Source: Asterionella formosa (Eukaryota). Taken from it: 64,000 nt of DNA. A program made the translations under genes and the position numbers. The notes under the pieces are model-generated. The model ran no database searches and was not told where the DNA came from. It saw only the letters and a list, made by a program, of their open reading frames with translations. Location of the stretch: positions 62,001-126,000 of the forward strand of contig NKIB01006075.1 in NCBI GenBank assembly GCA_002256025.1, in the 5' to 3' direction. Below are positions 46,295 through 58,500 of this stretch, piece after piece. Numbering within the stretch: position 1 is the stretch's first letter; each line of letters begins with the position of its first letter.

Positions 46295-49200
46295 GGTTAT
46301 GCAATGTTACCCTTTTCTATTGTCTCAATGCTCTTGATGCATGATGCCTCCCACCTCCCATCAAAGCTCTTGATGCAGGTTTTCACTCTAATCCTGAAAC
46401 TCACCCATCTGACTGCCTTCTGCAAATTCCCTTTCATTTTGATCTGATTCTGAATGTGCATATGATATTCCGTTGTATATCCATTTTGTTTTCCTAATCA
46501 TACGAACAATGAGAAGGAATTGCGTTAGTGAGCCATGTTTTGAGTAAAAATCAACGTGGCAGTTCCGTTTTATCATGCTTCACTTACCAGAAATTGATAT
46601 ATTCTTCTGTTAAAATAATGTGTCAGACAAATATCACATAATTACACATCAATAAATCGTTCCACTAATGTCATTTATAACTTGCAACAAATACTGTGTG
46701 CTTAATTAAAATTATCCTGAAAGATAAACATGAATAAGTCAGATATGTTCTAAAAGTTGTGCATTGATCTAAAGAGAGCACTTGCTTACCTTTCTTGTTT
46801 TGTCTACAATGGTGGTTTCCCACCAAATGCAAAATGAGCTTTTGAATCATGTGAAAGGAAGCAATCATGATTTAGCCTTTGTGAGCCCAACAATCGATCA
46901 TCCTGGCATGTGCCCTTGACATAGCTACCATAGCTAGATTCCATTCACTTTCCCATTTTCAATCATTCTAACCAACCAGGTGTATCATAATTGTTTTGTC
47001 GCGTCACTTCAGTTTTCCTCGTCATGTGGCTGATGTGATCTTTCATTTCAGGATTTGTACCAGTATGCATGAAAAGAAACCTTTTAACATGATTTCAAAT
47101 GTATTAGCTATATGCATTTATTTATAAAAATTTGTAAATGTAGAAATATATGGACAGGAGTGGAACATTTGCATTGTTCAAAGACACTCATTGTTTATAT
47201 CGCATATCATGTGTATAGTACTATCATCAGTTTAACTTAGACATAATTCAAATATACACAATGCATGAGAATATCATTGTTTTCTACAACCGGATGAAGT
47301 ACTGTTTTTGAATTTTCTCCACATCAATTTTTGTATCTACAAGTCAGTGATTTAATTAATCAATTCATTTAACGGGATTCATACAGCATTTTTCATATGG
47401 TGCAAATCATATTATAATTTGATCATTAGCTAATTCTCTCATATCAACGACACCATTTATGATATGATCACTATGCTTTGATCGAATGTATAGGATATGC
47501 AAATCTAACTGTATCGATTACAGATCATACTTTCTGGTTAGAAATGATAGCTAGTAAAATTGAATAATGGATAACGATATTTAGTTCCTTTGATCTTACT
47601 TTTAACATCCATATATCCTATTACTTAATATTAATTTTAATCAATCATTCTTTTATGTTAATGTCATGATTTATCATATGATCAATATGCTTTTATGGAA
47701 TGTATAGGATACTATAAGAGTCAAGCTTTACAGATCATGCTTTGTTCTGGTCCTCAGAAATGATGATTGCCAGTGGAATTAGATAACCACCATAAGTATA
47801 CATCCCTTAGGATTTTTTGATACTAGCATGAGTAAGCACATGAAAGGGAGGAGTCATGCATGCACCACCTGTATATAGAATACAGAAATGATCACTGGGC
47901 TACCAAAACAAATTATCCACGAGGTACTCGCCTCCATTCCCTATAGAACCTAAGCAATGCTAGGTTGTTTCTACGAAACGCTGTTATTCATTACCCTCCA
48001 TCTGTTTTACACAAATGCTAGGTTGTTTCTACTTGATACCAATATTGCCTATCCTCCATCTGTTATAGATACTAATGCTAGGTTGTTTCTACATCACCAC
48101 GGTGTTAGCTATTGGTGTTCCAGCGATAGTTTTTTCTATTTCAAAGTTATTGTCACCCACATCATCTCTGTTTCTTCCGATTCTCATTTGTGTTGATTTC
48201 ATGAATCCTTCTGAGAACAAGATTTTTGAACATCAAATCAAAGTGGAAAAGAAGAAGGGAACGCAAAGAGGTCAATGTGCGGGGCCCGCACAACCTCTCC
48301 TTCATTGCTGAGACTGGGTACTCCCTTACTCCTGTATTTCCAAAGAACAGTAATGTCTCCTATTTCCTGGCCAACACTGACACAAAGAAATTTTTAGGGG
48401 GTGCAAGTAGGAGGCACCAGGGAAAAGGAGCAGGAAAATATGTGCATGATGAATAAAGTGACACAACAGATCGATTCGATTTGTTCAGGAGGAAAAGGAT
48501 GATACAAGTTTGACATGACAGCTGTGTCTAAAATATTCAATAAGATTGATGAAATACTTGTAGTGCATACCACGCTATTATGGGTAACTGTCAGGGGTGA
48601 ACTTGCTATTTAAATGGAAAAACAATGCTTCAGGATTCTACAAAATATTACGCAGAAGAAAATGATGTAGTAGTACATTGCGTTTATTTGAATCATGTTA
48701 AATTAAAATGATGACATTACACACAAGATTGGCTATACAACTATAATGAATTTACAAATTTTCAACTGCATATATTTATATTTTACAAATTTTATTTCTA
48801 AATTCATGATGGTTACTATATTTTAAATATCGTCGTTTGCATGCTTACCTCGTACAATCATGGAACCAAAAACATAACAAGGGAAAGTGCAGTGACGAAC
48901 CAACATAAGAAGGAAGCACCTTGTGGATTCTTACTAGGTTTGAATGGCTGTGGGAATTTGAAAGGAATCTATGGCATGTGAAGGACTTACGCCGGGGGGG
49001 GGGGTGATCAATTGATGCTTTAACAGCCCGAAAATGATAGATTTAATAGTAGCTCAATTTGCATTTGGTGGGAAACTTCCGATGTGGGCAAATGACATAG
49101 TATTAGGTACTAGGTTCTTTAGGTTGGAGAACAGAAAATAGAATACTTATACTGACACATGCACATTGCCTCTTTCTGGATAATGGTAATCAAACAGTAT

Positions 49201-49572
49201 TTGTTAGTGATACATGACAAAGTTGGAACAATTTATTCATGTGGTGTCTACTTATTGCAATACTAGACTGACACATTATTTTACAGAAATATTCAAAAAC
49301 ACAGTTTTGTGGTAAGTGAAGATGAAATGAAAATGCATGTTGTGGTGTAAACAAAACATTACTAACAATTAGTTGCTTATTATTATTGGGATGAATAGGG
49401 CAAAAAATGGATTTGCAAATGGAAAAGTGTATGTGCACTCAGAATCAGAGTAAATGGAAAGGGGGGAAGAAAGCAAGCTGTGAGACAAGATTCAGAATTG
49501 GGATAGAATGAAAGTGTGCAGGACAGCAGGCCCAAGCAGTGATATAAGAGAGAACGGTAACATTGTGTAGCC
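46295..49572. mobile_element. Old fold-back structure with ~1 kb diverged inverted arms (~46295-47330 and ~48600-49572)
   Basis: Colinear inverted matches, e.g. TTTCCCACCAAATGCAAA ~46816 vs TTTGCATTTGGTGGGAAA ~49058; CTTCACTTACCA ~46578 vs TGGTAAGTGAAG ~49310; TCTGATTCTGA ~46443 vs TCAGAATCAGA ~49439; no TSD seen. Confidence 0.75.
47930..48092 (+). repeat. Minisatellite, three ~59-bp units
   Basis: AATGCTAGGTTGTTTCTAC at 47956, 48014, 48074, each preceded by CCTCCAT. Confidence 0.85.
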
Positions 49573-50239
49573 AATCAATGTTTTTTGTTTCAACATCCTG
49601 GGGCTTGCAACAACGCACTGCACATTCTGGAATTACTCCTCCACACTGGAGCTATAGCTACCAGGTGGTACCCTACTGGTATATGTATCCATGACATATC
49701 GCTCGCTTTGTCATCAACAAAAAGCACTCACTGGGGGGCTCAAGGGAGTGCAAGACTCAGAAAAATGCAAATGTCACCCAAGACCAAAGTCTGAAGTTGC
49801 AATGACGTACTCCATCCTGTTACCGGTATTCGTTAACTCATCTCAGAGCAAGGATGACAACACTATTTCCCGTATGTAGCACCCTATGACCCACTCGGAT
49901 GATTGCTCATGCTGCATCCAGGTCTGAAACAAACAACCTACCGGTACTGGGAAAACTTTTGTAATTAGTATTCCCGATTGCAACAGGTAGTCTAGCTACG
50001 ACAAGGCACGTTTCATCAGATTATTGCTTCATAGTGGTAAAATCCTGGTGATGTATTCCATAGGGAACACCAGCAATCTGTTCTGTGCCGTCTATACCTG
50101 CTTGTGACTCCATGACTGGTCATTTATTTCTTGATTTTGTAGTTGAAATTCATTGAGGGTGCGAATGTAAAATGCATGTACATACCACGAATGATTTCGT
50201 TTCGTGCGAATCGGTCTGCTGGTAGGTGGATATTTCAGA

Positions 50240-50602
50240 GGTCATTGTCATTTTCTTGAAAATATCTATTACGCACATACCACACGATAATCAATATCTG
50301 TATACTCCCTGATGTTCTATCGTTTTCAGGTGGGATTCTGCCAACATGCAATATGTCATTCGGTCTATCTATACATGTATATATGAATGCAATTTTATGC
50401 AGGCATTCATGAAACATTTAAAACGTCAGATTGCATATAAACATAAGATTGGTGGTCATTGTCATTTTCTTGAAAATATTCATTGCACACATGAACATTA
50501 ATACTTGGTATACCAGTTTTCTGGTTGGATTCTGCCAACGTACATTATGTATTTAGACCTATATATACATGAATATATTCATGTTATTTCAAGCAGGCAT
50601 TT
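50240..50602 (+). repeat. Diverged direct repeat with 214-bp offset
   Basis: GGTCATTGTCATTTTCTTGAAAATAT at 50240 and 50454, followed by shared GGATTCTGCCAAC and GCAGGCATT. Confidence 0.8.
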
Positions 50603-50784
50603 TAGTAACGACTAAAATGAAAATAAATTTCACAAAGACCCAATGGTCGCGAGGAACATGAAATATGAGTAATATTAAAATGCCATTATCTGGCGTACAC
50701 ATCAAAGGACGAGCAACAAACTTATAACAATGCTCATCAGTGCTTATATTTCCATTTCATCGTCGCATTGATAAAATTTTTAGC

Positions 50785-51337
50785 ATGAGCCAGGGGAACG
50801 TCCATTTTCTTTCACCATCGTCTCGTCAGATTATGGAAGGCCAAGTCGCTAATGATGATTCATGTCGTACACCCATGAAGGGTCAATCGTTGGATGAAAC
50901 ATTGAAATCACCTGTTTGGTATTACAAAAGGCAATTCAATCATCTCCGGAGGATCATGGATAAATCCGATCAGAATAAGCAAATCGAAGAATATAATATT
51001 TCAAACCAAAGATCATGTCGCCGAGGTAGCCTATTCGTTGAGCTTCAAAACTTGGGCGTAGAGGAATCTACTTGTGACAGACGTCAAAGGATGTACTCCC
51101 TTCTGAAGGCATCTCTTGGTTACTGTGAGGATCTTTCTTAGAAAACAAACGGGAGGGAAACGTAAAATAGAACATTATAATTCATATTCTTCGCTGTTTA
51201 AGTGGTCGGTTCTTCTTCTTCTTGGTAACCTTATTTGTGTCGGAATGTTCGACTTAAGCCTTCAAAAGAAGGATGTCCATCGCTCCTCTTATTCACCGTG
51301 TCAACTTTCGTTTCCAACCTATGTTACTTTTAACTGA
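50785..51337 (+). pseudogene. Possible short gene or frameshifted pseudogene of unknown product
   Basis: 118-aa ORF from ATG 50785 with a hydrophobic segment continuing in another frame (51116-51337); no family recognised. Confidence 0.25.
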
Positions 51338-51787
51338 AAATCCATAGGTCGAGCCCACTAGAAAAGCGCTGGAATTTGTTTACAAAGGTGACTCATTTGT
51401 GTATCAGTTTATTAACACAATTAATGGTAGAAAAATGAAGCTAAATTCTCCCTCAGATAACACACTGCACACTTCCTCAGTCTATCCTATCATTCAGGCA
51501 ATTGATTTTGTTTTTAGTGGTTCGTCGGTTTACTAGTGAACCTCGACAGAGGGGCATTGATTCTAGAGCAAGGTTTGCTAATCATTTCAATTCATCAACT
51601 AAGTCAATTTCAAATGCGCAATGCAGATCTTGCCCTCCAGGCATTGAAGAAAAAAAGCTAGATTTTGGATGTAGATAGGTTGGGTGAATACATACATAGG
51701 GCAACATCTATCCACAGGAATGCGTTGATTGCTATTAAGTCTTGAACCAACACTGCAGGGTCATAGCGTTAAAGCAATACAGCAAGT

Positions 51788-53384
51788 TCAAGTGATTTCA
51801 GGAGCATGGTCAGTCAGATCCTCGTCCTCGATATCAGAGCTACATGGTATTGGGTCACTGCTTGGACGCGGGGGTGCGACACAAAATAGGCCGAACAAGG
51901 AAATCATAGATAGGGCAGTTAAAATGAACCCAGGACTATTCACCCCAACTTTGTCAACTAAGGCAGTGGCAATTGCTGGTGTGAAACCACCTGCGAGTGC
52001 TTGGGACAAGTTGTAGCCCAATCCAACTGATGTCAGTCTCGCCTCTGGCGAGAAGGCTTCAACCAGCCATGCCGTCATAGGACCTCCCCAGAACGACAAT
52101 GAAACCCCCATAATACATTGAGCCACGATTGCAACTCCTGGATTTCCTTTCCCGATCACAATAAACATCAAGGGCGACAGAATTGCCATACACACACCTC
52201 CAAGACCCATTATGGTCCGTCGGCCAAATCTGTCAGAAAGAATACCCGCAACTGGAAAAAACAAGCATACGCTTAATAGTAGTGACGTGGAGTTGACGGC
52301 AAAAGCATATGGCACCGGTGGCTCGATCAACTTATTCATATAAATTGCCATCCATACAAAGCTCAGATAAAATCCACCTGACCAGAGCATGGGAACCATT
52401 GAAGCTGCTAATAGGGAACTTCGATTGCCTTTGCTGAACGCCGTCATCAAAGGGTTTATTGGCGGCGCCTTTTCGTCTTCTAAATGATTTTCATCGTCAA
52501 CGTAGTACTTGAGGTACAGACCTGAAAGCACAACAAAGATTCCTACCAGAAATGGTATTCTCCAACCCCACGTCATCATTTGTTCGTCACTCAAAATGCA
52601 CCTCATGAAAAAGCTAAACAAGCCTCCCAGCAGCGTTCCAAAATTGGCAGCCGCCATGACGAAACTCCCGTACAAACCCCACTTGGCCTTTGGTTTGCTT
52701 TCCAATGTAAAAACCAGGGATGACACGAGCTGTCCACCGACACTGAGACCCTGCAACAATCGTACAATGATTAAGAGAAAAGTTGAAAACCCACCCACCA
52801 TGTCGTAGGTTGGCAAACATCCCATGGCGAACGTAGGACCTGCCATGAGAAAGATGGAAACTTCCAATGCTCGTTTTCGTCCGTACTTGTCCCCGATCCA
52901 ACCCATCATGATTCCGCCAATCGGGCCTAAAGGAACAAACCAGGGATGAGTATCTCTGGAGCTGACTCCCGAAGCACATTATTCGTGATTTAATACAACT
53001 CACGCATGAAAAAGGCGCCACCAAAGACAAGGAAACTCTCGATGAGTGCTACATTTCCTTCTTGAGGGGGGAAAAATACTTTGGAAATGATATCTGAAAA
53101 GAAGCCAAACACCGCGAAATCATACCTAGAAAAAGGCAGATAGTTCCATCACAGGTGAGTTATTATCATACTGGATTTACAGCAGTCGAACTGATATTGC
53201 TGGTTCGAACGAGATCAAGAACAAGAAACGATTCCGGTACTCACCATTCTAATACATTTCCGGCCATACCAGCAACGGTCTTGAAAATCTCTTTTCTATT
53301 ATGCTTCACCTCATCACACACATGTTCCACTTCGTTGTCACTATCATCCCCATCAAATGTCGGTGTGCCCTTATAGGTATCCAT
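51788..53384 (-). CDS. MFS metabolite:H+ symporter (ProP/MHS-like), 3 exons (53384-53245, 53125-53004, 52926-51788), 466 aa
   Basis: GNVLEWYDFAVFG, FFMRPIGG, GDKYGRK, RLLQGLSVGG, WGWRIPFL, SDRFGRR; GT-AG introns of 119 and 77 bp restore the frame. Confidence 0.92.
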
Positions 53385-54801
53385 TATTCTCGATTGTGAT
53401 AGCGGAACTCATGCAAAGTGTGCTGCAGTGGCAAACGGATGGAGTTCGTGCCCTGTGAGAGAGGCTCCTTAATACGATCTGCTGTATGTGTCTTGTCTTC
53501 CCAGAAAGAAGAAAGAAGTAAGGGCGGTTGATGCTGTGTAAATATATGTAATACAGTGTATTCTTTAGTACATGTCGATACTTTTAGAAGATCATTGTCA
53601 GGAATCATTACGAAATGCATTTTTCTTGTCACCAAAAGTGATCACCGGCAGTCGGCCGTATGCATTGCGGAAGAACTGTTCAAATGGTTTTTGAGTACCC
53701 TGGTACCACCAGGTACCAGGTACCAAGGTGGTTCCTGTAACCATGAGTACCGTCAGGTACAGGTAATACCGGTCGGAGCAGTCCTATAGTTCGCATACCC
53801 GCAAGTGATACTACAAGCAAGCTATCTGGTACCGGTGTACCTGGACCCAGTAAGTGCGGCACGCCAACGGAAGTGGTACAGACTCAACAGGTAGGAACAC
53901 TTCCATATTGGCAGAATTGCGGTTATATGCCGTGTTTTGAGTTTATATGCACCACAATCTTCTTTTTCTGAAGAGTGGTTCAGACTGGTGTTGTTGATTG
54001 TTGATCCTTGTCCTGAGAAGTTGTTGGAAAGGCACTTGATAAGGCTTGTCCTTTTGGGAGCAGAGAATGCCTGCTAGCTAGAATTCCAGTATTTTCATTC
54101 TTGCATGATAACTTTTGCACACATTGTAAACATAATCTAGGCTACTGGTAGTCTACTCAAATATAAATGTATAATATATTATTGCAAACCCCCAACTGGA
54201 GGTTCAATTCTATGTTTTAAGTGCCATGGTAAGTTTAATTTTTGCCTGTGAATTGGCAAGGACCATGTGTGCCCTGATGTCACTGCACTCTGTGAAGTAG
54301 CTCTGAGACATGTAGGAGATTCTCTCAACAGCAATGGCTTGTTTGTATTTACTGTTTCATTTGGAAATCAATATAAATAAAAACAAATTATGGTGTTCAA
54401 TTGTCAGTACATATACCATACATACATAAATAGTTTTGTGGATTGACCCCAGGACACATTTAAAATTGATTATTAGCTACTCCTCAATGCAAATAAACAT
54501 TTTCGAGTTCCATAACAACATTTCATCAATATTTCATGATTGCCACTCCATAACATAAAACGGTTTGCAAAGGTAGGTAATACCCTGACTTTTGAGGAGC
54601 GGTAATGACACAAGGGCGTCAATGTGAGCTAGTGAGAACGATGAGGATTTATGAATCATCTGGACAGTCTCTTGACATGTTTCATAAGCCAAATGGATTG
54701 AATACATGATTCAATCGAAACAACATATCATGGTGCAATGCAATCTTTCAGTGCAACTTTGCCGGCATCACACGTTCCTTGTATGCTTTGCATGTTCCGA
54801 C

Positions 54802-55536
54802 TTATACGACATAATCCAGCGCAGCCTCTGGCTCTATCAAGTATTTTCTCAACAAAACAGTAGTATCTTGTACTCCAAATATATGATGTCCCGATGGCTC
54901 ATACCCCAGGCCATTGTACATTTGAACCGCAGCTGTATTATTTTCCTCCACTCGAATGTACAATTCACGACGGTTCATATCGTGAGTTGCGATACGTTCA
55001 CATTCTTGCACCATGTGTTTGGCAATCCCTCGTCGTCGACAATCGGGTCGAACTGCCAGGTCCGATAGATATGGCCGTGGTGGATCGATTGCTCGTGTGG
55101 CAGGCCGTGCGTCAATATCACAAAAGGCAACAACTTCATTGTTGCCAATCGTTGTGGCTACCAACATGACGTGACGTTGGGCATCATTGTAGGGGAAATT
55201 TTGTTGTAGTCTGTTGAGTTCCGCCAATAGATAGAGATGCTTAAACGGATAAGGGCTGGTTTGGTAAAACGAGTTGATTATAATGTCAGAGACAACGGGC
55301 AGGTCGGCGTATCGGCAGGGACGAATAGCAAAAGAGGCTGGTGTTGTGCCATTGTCAGAACTCTGACAAGCTTGTGTTTTATGCTGTTGAGGGTCAACAG
55401 TAGAATCAAGCCTCGTACTATAGCGAAGGTTGGACGGGCTCCATGAAGCGGCCAGTAGAATTGCATGTAGGAGGAGGATCAAACGGGCCCATGCACGACC
55501 GGTCGAGCTAAGGGAGATAACCCGTTGGATTGGCAT
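54802..55536 (-). CDS. GNAT-family acetyltransferase with predicted signal/plastid presequence, 244 aa
   Basis: YLSDLAVRPDCRRRGIA, LYIRVEENNTAAVQMYNGLGY; signal ending AAS-W. Confidence 0.87.
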   Translation of the reverse strand: MPIQRVISLSSTGRAWARLILLLHAILLAASWSPSNLRYSTRLDSTVDPQQHKTQACQSSDNGTTPASFAIRPCRYADLPVVSDIIINSFYQTSPYPFKHLYLLAELNRLQQNFPYNDAQRHVMLVATTIGNNEVVAFCDIDARPATRAIDPPRPYLSDLAVRPDCRRRGIAKHMVQECERIATHDMNRRELYIRVEENNTAAVQMYNGLGYEPSGHHIFGVQDTTVLLRKYLIEPEAALDYVV

Positions 55537-57462
55537 GATATCTGTCTGATTGACGATGTTGATATTTTGGATGATAATAGATTTGCTTTTGATGATTCAA
55601 TGGGCGCTGGAATCGCAATATAATAGCTCTTGAGATGCGCTGCCTGTAAAAGCTTTCTATCATAAAAACTAAGCAAGATTACAGGAGGTGTTGACTAAAT
55701 ATGCAAGAGGATCTTGTCCTCCGAGACCATCAATGAGCAGTTACTCTAATCATTAAAAATAAATAATTAATGCTCCGGAGTGCGTACCGGTTTTACCATA
55801 ATTACTGGTAGTATTGTGAATTTTTATGATATGCACACCACCCGAAATGTATACCGGTTTACCTACTGCCAGCATGACGCATCATGATAATACTACAGGT
55901 TAATGTGTACAGCTGCGAGCAATATAAAAATGCGTCCTATTGTGTATTAAATTTTTTTTAAATGTGTGCGGCTACCAGTTGCTATGATGATATCATGCCG
56001 CTCTTGTTGTGAACGCCCAGCTCTTCTTTTTGTTTTCCGACTCACATCACAGATATCGTCATGCGTACGTCTGTCAGTCTGTGAAGGATAATAACGAAAA
56101 GGAATTCAGACACATAGGTGCTTATTGTGTGTCTGTGCATCAAATTTCATTTTGTGCGTCACCTTATTATCCAATACAATACCGGTACACAGCACAAACG
56201 ACAAAATTTCTTGTGTGGCCACACAAGAATCAAATAGAATATATTCGATTTTAGTTTTAGACTAACATGACTAGTAGAAATGTTGTGTTGCTGCATTTTA
56301 GTTTATATATGTATGTAGTATAGTTGCTACACTTACCAGTACTTTATTACAAAATTTGTTGTTGCATCCTCTGCTGCTGTAGCCATTGCATTCATGATTG
56401 TTGCTTCATTTCACTGAGTTGCCTTTGCTTGTTGAACAATCCCGTACGAGCTAGCTACCTTCTTGCAGGGACGACGATGATCTCAGTCTTATAATGAATG
56501 ATATGGTCTCGATATTGATGGGGAATTATGCTGGCGAAGTTTGATTGTTTGTTTGTTACTCGAAATCAAAAGCTTTGGTCAATTTATATGACAGAATTGG
56601 AGAACGATGCATTGAAGGCCATACCCAATTCCAAATTTAACCGAAATCATGAAGATAATACCTTTTGATCATAATTCGCCCATTGCGAACATCAATCTGT
56701 ATTTCGAATCTGTTCTTTAAGATGAGATGTGTATCAAAGTGAAGACGGACCAGATGGCGGCGCAGTTTGTTGCTCATGGCCTCAATCATGGGTCTTCCGT
56801 TCTCATTGACTAGCTTTTGGCGAGCACATTTGTATGCTGCAGAGGATTTAGAGCTGCAACATCACTAATCAGGAAGGAGCTTCATTTCATTCAGGAAATA
56901 GTAGCACCACATGAACCTTGAATAGCAGGGGGGTCGAAATAACAATTGTAACTTTGCTTAATAACATTGTACTATCCCATTGTTTTAAGAAATCTCTTTA
57001 TCGGCAACATCAGAGGCACTATATAGGACAGCCTAACCCCATTGCCACACATATAGTACTACTTTCCACAAAGTGACCGCTTTATATATATAGCTTAAAT
57101 ACTATAAGTAGTGTAGCTTGCCCCACACACATGTTCTCGCCACTCCGAAGAAGTGTAAAATATTTATGAGGGTTCCAGAACCATTATTCAATCAATAGCT
57201 AAATTCCAATGTCGTACAGCAACAATGGTTGTCGAAATGAGTCCAATGATGTTGATAAACTTCTCCGTTATTGGGGAGTTTCAAATGATCCCTATTGTTT
57301 TATTAAAATTGTTGGTGCTGGTATTGATACAGAAGAAAAGAGGAACAAGCTTCTGTGCACCATTACGGCCACATTTGAGAAGCATAGCCAAAAATGGGAA
57401 TTTTTCTCCTGACAAGCCGATGGAATTCGTCATACCTGTCAATAGGGAGTGTATCTTAGTAA

Positions 57463-58482
57463 GGTTCCTGCATTTCAAAATTGAGTCAGAGTAATCAATC
57501 ACACACTTCTTAAAAGTAAAACTTAAATGTATATCGCTAAATGGAGCTTTCACCAATACACACCCTTTCCATATGCATAAATACAGCCATTGATCAAAGT
57601 AAGGGTATTGGTCAATTCTATTAATTGTCAGGATATAGGATCTGGCGAGAAACTGCAGAAAGGAACTTGGGTATTTTTAACTATGCTAGTATAAAGACCA
57701 GAAATTTCGGGGGAAATCACTTCATTTGGCATTGTAAAAATCCGAACTTCCTTTTTGCAGATTCTTGCCAGAAGTTATATACTGATGCTATTTGAAGGTT
57801 ACCTAGTATGTATCTAAAATCGCCTTCAGATCCAGCCAATGTTGAGATATCATTGTCCAAAAATTCGACAAAATCGGTCTTTTCTACTGTCTCTAAAATT
57901 TTGGAATCAAAACCACTTAATGCAGAAACGTCATCATCTGAATCAGAGTCTTGTGATGCAACATTTAGTTGTTAAATTTCCTGAACCAAAAATTCCATTG
58001 TAAGTGCGCGCAGTAATATATATGTGCTGATTGGCTATTGCAAAATAGTTACTTCTGTTTGATTGTGCAAGGAATTGCAAACCCACACCAGCCACATTGG
58101 ATACACATGTAACATTTCCTTGGGTGTATGTACTGGTAGGCCAGTACTATATCTACTACGGGTACCAGCAGATGATCATCATTGGACATCATACATGTAC
58201 CACTTGTTGAGTGCACTTTCAAATATTTGCCAAGCTGCCATGTCATATTTAAGAAGCATAATCATCCGTATTTATACATTTAGCAATGGACAACGTCTAT
58301 GTATATATTTAGCAAATTCGAAAAGGAATCTATGCATGTACACGCAAATTTCCACTGATTTGAATATTTCAAACGGAATCATGTCATTCAAAAATAGCTC
58401 ATAAAAATTCTTAGTTCCAGGCAATTTCGGCAACCCTAAGAAATATTTTAATTTTTTGCCATAGGGTTGAAATGCAGGAACC
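57463..58482 (+). mobile_element. 1020-bp non-autonomous DNA transposon copy B, Kolobok-like (TTAA target, GG...CC ends)
   Basis: Perfect 16-bp TIR GGTTCCTGCATTTCAA 57463-57478 / TTGAAATGCAGGAACC 58467-58482; right flank TTAA, left flank TTA[GTA]A; second copy at 25589. Confidence 0.85.
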
Positions 58483-58500
58483 TTAAAGGGAGGTTTGGTA

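Noticed and set aside
47930..48092. Three identical 19-bp repeats with ~40-bp spacers, superficially CRISPR-like
   Set aside because: Spacers are related to each other (shared CCTCCAT), there are only three units, no cas genes, and the context is eukaryotic; it is a minisatellite
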